DNA of 64,000 bases from Heterodontus francisci (lineage: Eukaryota): contig NC_090404.1 in assembly GCF_036365525.1 (NCBI RefSeq), forward strand, positions 9,858,001 to 9,922,000, read 5' to 3'. A model generated the notes under the pieces. That model had not been told where the DNA came from. It did not search any database and saw nothing but the letters and a program-made list of their open reading frames with translations. Made by a program: the position numbers and the translations under genes. Positions within the stretch are counted from its first letter, which is position 1; each line of letters begins with the position of its first letter. This document shows, in pieces, positions 24,270-35,254 of the stretch.

Positions 24270-25370
24270 CATAGAGTCATAAAAAGTTTACGGTACAGAA
24301 AGAGGCCAATTGGCACAGCCTAATCGCACTTTCCAGCACCTGGTCCACATCCCTGCAGGTTACAGCACTTGAGGTGCATATCAAGACAACTTTTAAATGA
24401 GTTGAGGGTTTCTGCCACAACTACTCTTACCGGCAGTGAGTTACATCCTCTGGGTGAAAAGATATTTCCTCATTTCCCCTCTAATCTTTCTACCAATCAC
24501 TTTAAATCTATGCCCCCTAGTTACTGACCTCTCTGCCAAGGTAAATAGGCCCTTCACATCAATTCTATCCAAGCCCCTCACAATTTTGTACATTTCAATC
24601 AAATCTCCCTTTACCTCCTCTGTTCCAAGGAGAACAACCCCAGCCTATCCAATCGTTCCTCATAGCTGCATTTTTCCAGTCCTGGCAACACCCTCGTAAA
24701 TCTCCTCTGTTCCCTCTCTAGTGCAATTACATCCTTTCTGTAATGAGGTGACCAGAACAGCACACAGTACTCAAGTTGTGGCCTAACTAATGATTTATAC
24801 AGTTCCAGCATAACCTCCCTGCTCTTATATTCTATAACTTGGCTAATAAAAGAAAGGATTCCATATGCATTCTTAATCACCTTATCAACCTGTCTTGCTA
24901 CCTTCAGGGGTCTGTGGACATTCACTCCAAGCTCCCTCACTTCCTCTACATCTCTCAGTATTTTCCCATCAATCATATATTTCTTTGCCTTGTTTGACCT
25001 TTCCAAATGCATCACCTCACACTTCTCTGGGATGAATTCCATTTGCCACTTTTCTGCCCACCTGACCAGTCCATCGATATCTTCCTGCAGTCTACAGCTA
25101 TCCTCGTTGCTATCAACCACAGGGCCATTTTTTTTGTTATCTGCAAACTTCTTGATCATGCCCCTGACATTTGCTCCAAAATCCTTTATATATAGCACAA
25201 AAAGCAGGAGACCTAGTACTGAGCCCTGAGGAACACCACTGGAACAGCCTTCCAGGCGCAAAAACATCCGTCAACAACTACTCTTTGTTTCCTGCCACTG
25301 AGCTAATTTTGTATCCTGCTTTGCTACATTTTCTGGATGCCAGGGGCTTTTATTTTGTATAACCAGTCTG
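24270..25370 (-). mobile_element. CR1 LINE 3' fragment
   Basis: ORF 24611..25267 GVPQGSVLG..KFADN..LVRPQLEYC; catagagtcata tail at 24270. Confidence 0.9.
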
Positions 25371-26499
25371 ATGGAGGATTTCACAGGAACCTGTTAACTG
25401 CTGGTGCAATTATACAACAGTTAGATAGGAAGGGAAGCGAGTGCGGGGACAGCAGAGGATTGAACCACGGGGAGGCGGCGCCACAGCACTTTAAACAGGG
25501 AGCGCGGCCTCAGGGCCACAATTAGAATGCTCAGCTGCTCACAGTGTTTGTACACCGGGGACGGGGGAGTGAGGCAGCTGGACCCCGACTTGCTGCAAAT
25601 GGTTTAAATAAAGCTGATTTATTCGAGAGTTTGGATCTGTCTTTATTCTTGGGGAGTTGGACATCAGACTGTCTCCTGTCAATATAGAGCTGCACAATAG
25701 GCCTGCAGCATCTTTGAAAGAGCTGCCAATTAGTCCTACTCCCCAGAGCCTTGGAAACTCTTCATTTTAAATATTTATCGAATTCCCTTTGGTAAGTTAT
25801 TATTGAATCTGCTTCCACCGTCCTTTCAGGCCGTGCATTCCAGATCACAGCAACTCACTGAGTGTTTTGCCAATTATTTTGAGGTGTTCATCTGTTGTTA
25901 AATACATTTGCTCAGGAGATTTATGTTTAAAGTTAAACCAGGTTTGCAGGTGTGATGCTCTATTCACACATCGAAGGTGAGAGAGATGCTGTGGGACACG
26001 GGCTAAGTCCAGTAGCTGAAAGTGATTAACAGACTGGGTTTTGTGTTTAGTGATCCCGGGTGTGTTACCGATACCTTCCCCGGATCCCAAGGCTCGGAGA
26101 GACACTCTGGAAGGTATGAGGAACTGTGCCATGTCCATGAGAGTAACTGAAGGTATGAGAACTGAAATAATCTAGAGTTATAAAGGAGAAAAAGCCCCAA
26201 AATGGAGCAGTCGGTAACAGGACATCAATGAGTCTCCTCCTGTCCTGGAGAAGTCAAGGACTAGACAAGTGTGTGCTTGAGACAATTCTGATTTATTTGG
26301 AAAATATCAAAATTAAACTCCAGCCCAGTTGTCGGGGTTATTGACATCAGCAGAAACAAACTCCACTTTCAGAATGAACATGGTTCAGTTCTGGAAGTGA
26401 TTAACAGCAGAGTCCAATCACTGCAACAACAACAACTTGCTTTTAGATAGCATCTTCAGCATAATAAAACTTCCCAAGATGCTTTACATTGTGAAACAA

Positions 26500-26990
26500 A
26501 ATATAACATTAAGAACGTCTAGTGTAATTGAAACAGATACATGATCTAGTGTAGTATAAACAGAGATAGGGTTTAGTGTAACATAAAGAGACAGGGCCGA
26601 GTGTAATATAAACAGAGACAGGGCCGAGCATGATATAAACAGAGACAGGGTCTAGTGTAATATAAACAGAGACAGGGCCGAGCATGATATAAACAGAGAC
26701 AGGGTCTAGTGTAATATAAACAGAGACAGAACCTTAGAGTAACATAAACAGAGATGGCCCAGTGTAAAATAAAGAGAGACCTGGTCTATTACATTCTAAT
26801 TGAGATTAAGCCGAATTTAATATTAGCAGAGACATGGTCTAACATAGTATTAACAAAGATAGGACCCGATGTAATATAAATAGAGGCATTGTCTGGTGTT
26901 ATAACTGAGGCAGAACCTTGTGTAATACAGAGAGATGTTCTGCATTTCTAATTATCACAATTCCGACTGTAATATAAACAGAGACATGTC
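26500..26990 (+). repeat. ~27-bp minisatellite (tagtgtaatataaacagagacagggtc)n
   Basis: Tandem degenerate units; same family as 33330-34620 (reverse) and 44340-46690. Confidence 0.9.
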
Positions 26991-27639
26991 TCCAATAACA
27001 ACAATAACAATCTGTATTTATAAAGAGCCTTTAACTCAATGAAATATCCCATCAGCAAGCTTGAATAATGAGCTTATTGAAACATCAACGATGCAGAGAT
27101 TGATGTTACTAAGCACATAAGTCACCGTCTGCACTGTCAGAGTAGGGAAGATTATTGGTATCAATATTAATAATACTCAGATTACTGCACAGCTCTAGGT
27201 TAAGAGACCAAGTATCTTTAGAAATAATCTGAAGGTGAAATAATGGTTGAATTTATTTCAATCCGCACTTCAGGGAGGATTTTAAGGCCTTGGAGAGGGT
27301 GCAGAGGGGACTTAATAGAATTGGACCAGGGATGAGGAAGTTCAGTTCTGTGGAGAGATTAGAGAAGCTGGGATCGTTTCTCTCAGAACAGAAGGGTTTT
27401 AAAGGGAGATTTAATTGATCTAATGGATTATGAATGATTTTGATAGTGTTGATAGTGAGATACTGTTTCCACTGGCAGGAATGTCGGTAACCAAAGGACA
27501 CAGATTTAAGATAATTAGTAAATGAAGAAGGGGGGAGATGAGGAGATTTTTTATTTATGCTGTGAGTTGTTATGAGCTGGAATGAATTACCTGAAATGTC
27601 GGTGTAAACACATTCGATAGTAACCTTCAAAAGGGAATT

Positions 27640-30600
27640 ATAGAGTCATAGTCGTACAACATAGAAACAGGCCCTTTGGCCCACCGCGTCCATGCCGACC
27701 ATAATGCCTATCTATACTAATCCCACCTGCCTGCATTAATTCCATATCCCTCTATGCTTTGCTCATTCAAGTACCTGTCCAGATGCCTCTTAAATGTCGC
27801 TACCGTTTCTGCCTCCACCACCTCCTCAGGCAGCTCATTCCAGATACCCACTATTCTTTGTGTGAAAAATTTACCTCTTTGATCCCCTTTAAACCTCCTC
27901 CCTCTCACCTTAAATCTATGCCCTCTAGTTTTAGTCACCCCTACCACGGGAAACAGACTCTGGCTATCAACCCTATCTATGCCTCTCATAATTTTATATA
28001 CCTCTATCATGTCCCCTCTCAGCCTCCTTCGCTCCAGGGAAAACATACCCAGCCTCTCCAATCTCTCTTCATAACTCAAGCCCTCCAAACCAGGCAACAT
28101 CCTCGTGAATCTTTTCTGCACCCTTAATCGCACCTTTCCTGCAGTGTGGCGACCAGAACTGCACACAGTACTCCAAATGTGGCCTAACCAACGTCATGTA
28201 CAACTGTAACATGACGTCCCAACTCTTGTACTCAATGCCTCGGCCAATGAAGGCAAGCATGCCATACGCCTTCTTCACCACCCTGCCTACCTGTGTTGCC
28301 ACTTTCAGGGAACTATGTACTTGCACCCCAAGGTCTCTCTGCTCACTGTTGTTGCTATTACAGAGACTTGGTTGAGGGAAGGGCAGGATTGGCAGCTAAA
28401 TGTTCCAGGATTTAGAAGCTTCAGGCGGGATAGAGGGGGATGTAAAAGGGGTGGGGGAGTTGCATTACTGGTTAAGGAGAATATCACAGCTGTACTGCGG
28501 GAGGACACCTCGGAGGGGTCATGCAGCGAGGCAATATGGGTGGAGCTCAGGAATAGGAAGGGTGCAGTCACGATATTGGGGGTTTTCTACAGGCCTCCCA
28601 ACAGCCAGTGGGAGGTAGAGGAGCAGATATGTAGACAGATTTTGGAAAGATGTAAAGGTAACAGAGTTGTAGTGGTGGGTGAGTTTAACTTCCTCTATAT
28701 TGACTGGGACTCACTTAGTGCTAGGGGCTTAGATGGGGCAGAATTTGTAAGGAGCATCCAGGAGGGTTTCTTGAAACAATATGTCGATAGTCCAACTAGG
28801 GATGGGGCCATACTGGACCTGGTATTGGGGAATGAGCACGGCCAGGTGGTCGAAGTTTCAGCAGGGGTGCATTTTGGGACCAATGACCATAATTCCATGA
28901 GTTTTAATGTACTTGTGGATAAGGATAAGAGTCATCCTCGGGTGAAGGTGCTAGATTGGGGCAAGGCTAATTATAACAATATTATGCAGGAACTGAAGAA
29001 TTTAGATTGGGGGTGGCTGTTTCAAAGTAAATCAGCATCTGACATGTGGGAGTCTTTCAAACATCAGTTGATTAGAATCCAGGACCAGCATGTTCCTGTG
29101 AGGAAGAAGGATAGGTTTGGCAAGTTTTGGGAACGTTGGATAATGTGGGATATTGTGAGCCTGGTCAAAAAGAAAAAGGAAGCATTTGTAAGGGCTGGAA
29201 GGCTAGGAACAGACGAATCCCTTGAGGAATATAAAGACAGCAGGAAGGAACTTAAGCAAAGGAGTCAGGGGGGCTAAAAGGGGTCATGAAAAGTCATTGG
29301 CAAACAGGATTAAGGAAAATCCCAAGGCTGTTTATAAGCATATAAAGAGCAAGAGGGTAACTAGGGAAAGGGTTGGCCCACTCAAGGACAGAGAAGGGAA
29401 TCGATGTGTGGAGCCAGAGGAAATGGGCGAGGTACTAAATGATTACTTTGCATCAGTATTCACCAAAGAGAAGGACTTGGTGGATGATGAGCTGAGGGAA
29501 GAGAGTGTAGATACTCTCAGTCATCTCATTATCAAAAAGGAGGAGGTGTTGGGTGTCTTGCAAAGCATTTAGGTAGATAAATCCCCAGGGCCTGATGGGA
29601 TCTACTCCAGAATACTGAGGGAGGCAAGGGAAGGAATTTCTGGGGCCTTGACAGAAATCTTTGTATCCTCATTGGCTACATGTGAGGTCCCAGAGGATTG
29701 GAGAATAGCCAATGTTGTTCCTTTGTTTAAGAAGGGTAGCAAGGATAATCCAGGAAATTATAGGCCGGTGAGCCTTATGTCAGTGGTAGGGAAATTATTC
29801 GAGATGATTCTTCGGGGCAGGATTTACTCCCATTTGGAAACAAATGAACTTATTATCGAGAGACAGCATGGTTTTGTAAAGGGGAGGTCGTGTCTCACTA
29901 TTTTGATTGAGTTTTTTGAGGAAGTGACGAAGATAATTGATGAAGGAAGGGCAGTGGATGTTGTCTATCTGGACTTCAGTAAAGCCTTTGACAAGGTCCC
30001 TCATGGCAGACTGGTACAAAAGGTGAAGTCACACGGGATCAGAGGTGAGCTGGCAAGATGGATACAAAAGTGGCTCGGTCATAGAAGACAGAGGGTAGCA
30101 GTGGAAGGGTGCTTTTCTGAATGGAGGGATGTGACTAGTAGTGTTCCACAGGGATCAGTGCTGGGACCTTTGCTGTTTGTAGTATATATAAATGATTTGG
30201 AGGAAAATATAGCTGGTCTGATTAGTAAGTTTGCGGACGACACAAAGGTTGGTGGAGTTGCGGATAGTGATGAGAATTGTCAGAGGATACAGCAGGATAT
30301 AGATTGGTTGGAGACTTGGGTGGAGAAATGGCAGATGGAGTTTAATCTGGACAAATGTGAGGTAATGCACTTTGGAAGATCTAATGCAGGTGGGAAGTAT
30401 ACAGTAAATGGCAGAACCCTTAGGAGGCAGAGAGATCTGGGTGTACAGGTCCACAGGTCACTGAAAGTGGCAACACAGGTGGATAAGGTAGTCAAGAAGG
30501 CATACGGCATGCTTGCCTTCATCGGTCGTGGCATGCAGTATAAAAATTGGCAAGTCATGTTGCAGCTGTACAGAACCTTAGTTAGGGCACACTTAGAATA

Positions 30601-32470
30601 TTGCGTGCAATTCTGGTCGCCACACTACCAGAAGGACGTGGAGGCTTTGGAGAGGGTACAGAAGAGGTTTACCAGGATGTTGCCTGGTCTGGAGAGCATT
30701 AGTTATGAGGGGAGGTTGGATAAACTCGGATTGTTTTCACTGGAACGACGGAGGTGGTGGGGCGACATGATCGAGGTTTACAAAGTTATGAGCGGCATGG
30801 ACAGAGTGGATAGTCAGAAGATTTTTCCCAGGGTGGAAGAGTCAGTTACTAGGGGACATAGGTTTAAGGTGTGAGGGGCAAAGTTTAGAGGGGATGTGCG
30901 AGGCAAGTTTTTTACACAGAGGGTGGTGAGTGCCTGGAACATGCTGCCGGGGGAGGTGGTGGAAGCAGGTACGATAGCGACGTTTAAGAGGCATCTTGAC
31001 AAATACATGAATAGGATGGGAATAGAGGGATACGGTCCCTGGAAGTGCAGAAGGTTTTAGTTCAGGCAGGCATCAAGATCGGAGCAGGCTTGGAGGGCCG
31101 AATGGCCTGTTCCTGTGCTCTACTGTTCTTTGTTCTTTGTTCAACAACACTCCCCAGGGCCCTGCCATTCACTGTATATGTCCTGCCCTGTTTTAACTTC
31201 CCAAAATGCATCATTTTGCACTTGTCTGCATTAAATTCCATTTGTCAATCCCTTGCCCACTTTCCCAGTTGGTCTATATCCTGTTGTAACCTTAGACAAC
31301 CTTCTTCACTGTCCACAATACCACCAATTTTGGTGTCATCTGCAAACTTGCTAATCATGTCCCCTACATTCGCATCCAAGTCATTAGTATATATGACAAA
31401 CAACAGAGGGCCCAGCACCGATCCCTGCAGCACACCACTGGTCACCAGCCTCCAATCTGAAAAACAACCCTCCACTACCACCCTCTGCCTCCTATCACGA
31501 AGCCAATTTTGTATCCAATTTGCTAGCTCACCCTGGATCCCATGTGTTCGAACCTTCTGGACCAGCCTACCATGCTGGACCTTGTCAAAGGCCTTGCTAA
31601 AGTCCATGTAGACAACGTCCATCGCCCTGCCCTCATCAATCCTCTTGGTCACATCCTTGAAAAATTCAATCAAATTCGTGAGACATGATTTCCCACGCAC
31701 AAAGCCATGCTGATATCCCTAATCAGACCTTGCCTTTCCAAATGCATATAAATCCTGTCACTCAGAATCCCTTCCAATAACTTTCCCACCACTGATGCAA
31801 GGCTCCCAGGCCTGTAGTTCTCTGGCTTATCCCTCTGTCCTTCTTCAATAAAGGCACAACATTAGCTATCCTCCAGTCTTCCGGTACCTCACCCATGGCT
31901 AATGATGATACAAAAATCTCTGCCAGGACTCCAGCAGTCTCCACCTTTGCTTCCCAGAGCATCCTAGGATACACCTGGTCAGGCCCTGGGGATTTATCCA
32001 CCTTAATGTGCTTCAAAGCCTCCAACACGTCCTCCTTTGTAATGTTGATATGCTCCAGGATATCGCTGTTCCCTCCCTTGAACTCACTAGCTTCCATGAC
32101 CTTCTCAAAGGTAAATACAGATGCGAAGTATTCATTTAAGACCTCGCCCATTTCCTGTGGCTCCACACGTAGATTACCACACTGATCCGTAAGGGGACCT
32201 ACTCTCTCCCTCGCTACCCTTTTACTCTTAATATACTTATAGAATCTTTTAGGATTCTTCTTTATGTTATCTGCTAGGGAAATCTCATGGCCCCTTTTCG
32301 CCCTCCTAATTTCCTTCTTAAGTGTAGTCCTACATCCCCTATACTCCTCGAGGGACTCGCTTGATCCCAGCTGCCTAGACCTGACATATGCCTCCTTCTT
32401 TGTCCTGACCAGACCCTCAATATCCCTTGTCAACCAAGGTTCCCTAAACTTGCCAGCCTTGCCCTTCCAT
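27640..32470 (-). mobile_element. CR1 LINE (minus) split by a nested plus-strand CR1
   Basis: 3' part 27640-28344 (ORFs 27717..28166, 28069..28326) continues directly at 31141-32470 (ORFs 31245..31700, 31762..32538). Confidence 0.9.
28345..31142 (+). mobile_element. CR1 LINE ORF2 (EN+RT) with a few frameshifts/stops, nested
   Basis: VVAITETWL..GGGVALLV..FYRPPN (EN) and RT motifs in ORFs 28315..29277, 29222..29572 and 29648..30874; tail gttctttgttctttgt. Confidence 0.92.
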
Positions 32471-32471
32471 A

Positions 32472-32750
32472 CTGTGGATGCTGGAAATCTGAAATAAAAA
32501 CAAGAAATGCTGGAACCACTCAGCAGGTCTGGCAGCATCTGTGAAAAGAGAAGCAGAGTTAACGTTTCGGGTCAGTGACCCTTCTTCGGAACTGACAAAT
32601 ATTAGAAAAGTCACAGATTATAAGCAAGTGAGGTGGGGGTGGGGCAAGAGATAACAAAGGAGAAGGTGTAGATTGGACACGGCCACATAGCTGACCAAAA
32701 GGTCATGAAGCAAAGGCAAACAATACGTTAATGGTGTGTTGAAAATGTTA
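32472..32750 (-). mobile_element. Penelope-like terminal repeat with hammerhead motif
   Basis: Reverse complement of 32553-32594 is cagtt-CCGAAGA-agggtcactgaccc-GAAA-cgttaactctgc. Confidence 0.75.
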
Positions 32751-33274
32751 ACCAATGTAGATATAAAATGTCACCTGATCACCTTAACCATTTCAGTCGC
32801 AGCTTGGCTAAAGTAACTTGACTCTAATTTCAGAATCAGTAAATTGTGGATTCCACGTCAGCTTCAGAAACTGAATATATTAACCAGGCTTCCAATTGGT
32901 GCAGTGCTGAAAGGGCAATATCTTTCCAGGGACATTCTGAAACAATAATCTCTCCCCCACCCCTTTTCTGTTGAGTTGGACATTAAAGCTCCCATGATTC
33001 CACACAGTGTCCTGGTCAACATTCCTCCCTTGAACCAAGATCAACAAAAATACATTAACAGGAATTGAACCATTTTGCTCTATTCCTAATGTATCTATGC
33101 ACAAATTGGCCATGTTCACCTGGAATTAGTTACACTTTAAACCCTTTGGTACCTTCCACAGAAGGTGATGAGCTGGTACATCACTGCAAGTTGTTTCTTG
33201 ATACATTACTATCAGAAACAGTGACTAAATGCGAACTAAATCGACATTTTCACAATGGGAGCAATGACAATGTC

Positions 33275-33293
33275 TGGCCAGTAGATGGCAGTA
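33275..33293 (+). promoter_or_regulatory. CTCF motif (forward)
   Basis: TGGCCAGTAGATGGCAGTA fits the CTCF core TGGCCASYAGRKGGCRSYR; an upstream-module-like GCAATGAC lies 6 bp 5'. Confidence 0.6.
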
Positions 33294-33329
33294 AAAGACT
33301 AATTCTTGACACGAAACAGGCGCTGCCTC

Positions 33330-34620
33330 ACCGCACTGGAGCCTCTCTGTATATGTTACACTTCGACCCTGTCTCTGTATATGTTACACTTAGACCCCAT
33401 CTCTGTTTTTATTACACTAGACTCTGTCTCTGTTTATATTAAACTAGACCCCATCTCTGTTTTTATTACACTAGACTCTGTCTCTGTTTTTATTACACTG
33501 AACCCTGCCTCTGTTTATGTTAACCTAGACCCCATCTCTGTTTATATTATAATATACCCTCTCTCTGTTGATAATACACTGGACCCTATCTCTGTTTATA
33601 TTAAACTAGACCCCATCTCTGTTTTTATTACACTAGACTCTGTCTCTGTTTGTATGACACTGGACCCTGTCTCTGTTTCTATTAAATTAGATCCTGTCTC
33701 TGTTTCTATTACTCTAGATCATGTTTCTGTTTGTGTTAGACTAGACCCTATCTCTGTTTAAATTACACTAGGTCCTGTCTCTTTTCATATTTCACTGAAT
33801 CCTGTCCCTGTTTATATTAAACAAGACCCCATCTCATAGCAACATAGGCAATAGGAACAGGAGTAGGTCATGCAGCCTATCGAGGCTGCTCTGCCATTCA
33901 ACTAATTCATGACTGATCTTCTACCTCAATGCCATTTCCCCCGCTCTATCACCATATCCCTGATATCTTCAATAACGAATAATCTATCAATCTCTGTCTT
34001 GAACTTACCCAGTGACTGAGCCTCCGCAGCCCTCTGGAGTGGAAAGTTCCAAAGATTCACCACCCTCTGAGCGAAGAAATTCCTCCTAATCTCAGTCCCA
34101 AATGGCCAACCACCTCCCATGCCATCCTAGCCCCCCGGAGAGCCAGGGGTAACATCTCTCCTGCATCTACACTGTTGAGTCCTGCAATAATTTTGTATGC
34201 TTCAATGAGGTCACCGCTTATTATTCTAAACTCTAGAGAATATAGACCCAGCCTCCTAAATCTCTCGTCACAGGACAATCCCGCCATCTCAGGGATCAGT
34301 CTGATGAATGTCCATGCACTCCCTCTAAGGCAAGTATATCCTTGCTTATTATTCTTGACCATGTCTCTGTTTATATTACACATGGCCTCCGCTCACTTCA
34401 TATTGATATAACCATGTTTCTTTTTATATTGCACTAAGCCACCCCCAGCTCTCGTTTATATTACACTAGAACAAATCTAGATTTTTACTGGGCTAGACCA
34501 TGTCTCTGTTTATTTTACAGTTGGCATTGTCTCAGTTGTTACTGCACAGACCCAGTCTCAAGCTAAATTACAAGCAACCCAGTCTCAGTCAAGAATGCAG
34601 TCTATCCTGTCTCTTTTTAT
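33330..34620 (-). repeat. 27-bp minisatellite (reverse orientation), interrupted by a CR1 tail at 33835-34345
   Basis: (gaccctgtctctgtttatattacacta)n units; source of the spurious ORF 33306..33761. Confidence 0.9.
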
Positions 34621-34659
34621 ATTAGATGAGGTCCTAACTTATTCATTAAAACATCTCTA

Positions 34660-35225
34660 AGATAGATACATAGGCAACTAGATAGCTAGCTAGCTAGATA
34701 GGCAGACAGACAGATAGATAGACAGATAAACAGACAGATAGATAGATAGATAGATGGATAGACAGATAGGTAGACAGATANNNNNNNNNNNNNNNNNNNN
34801 NNNNNNNNNNNNNNNNNNNNNNNNNNNNNNNNNNNNNNNNNNNNNNNNNNNNNNNNNNNNNNNNNNNNNNNNNNNNNNNNNNNNNNNNNNNNNNNNNNNN
34901 NNNNNNNNNNNNNNNNNNNNNNNNNNNNNNNNNNNNNNNNNNNNNNNNNNNNNNNNNNNNNNNNNNNNNNNNNNNNNNNNNNNNNNNNNNNNNNNNNNNN
35001 NNNNNNNNNNNNNNNNNNNNNNNNNNNNNNNNNNNNNNNNNNATAGCTAATATAGATAGACAGATTGATCAATAGACCAATAGATAGACAGATAAGCAGA
35101 CAGATAGACAGGTAGATAGATAGAGAGATATCTAGACAGACAGATAGATCAATAGATAACTAGACAGATAGATAGATAGACAGAAAAACAGACAGCCAGA
35201 TAGACAGACGGATAGATCGATAGAT
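34660..35225. repeat. (GATA/GACA)n microsatellite surrounding an assembly gap
   Basis: Tetranucleotide repeats on both sides of the N run at 34781-35042 (262 N). Confidence 0.95.
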
Positions 35226-35254
35226 AGGAGCAGCATAAATGAAACATGCTCTTT

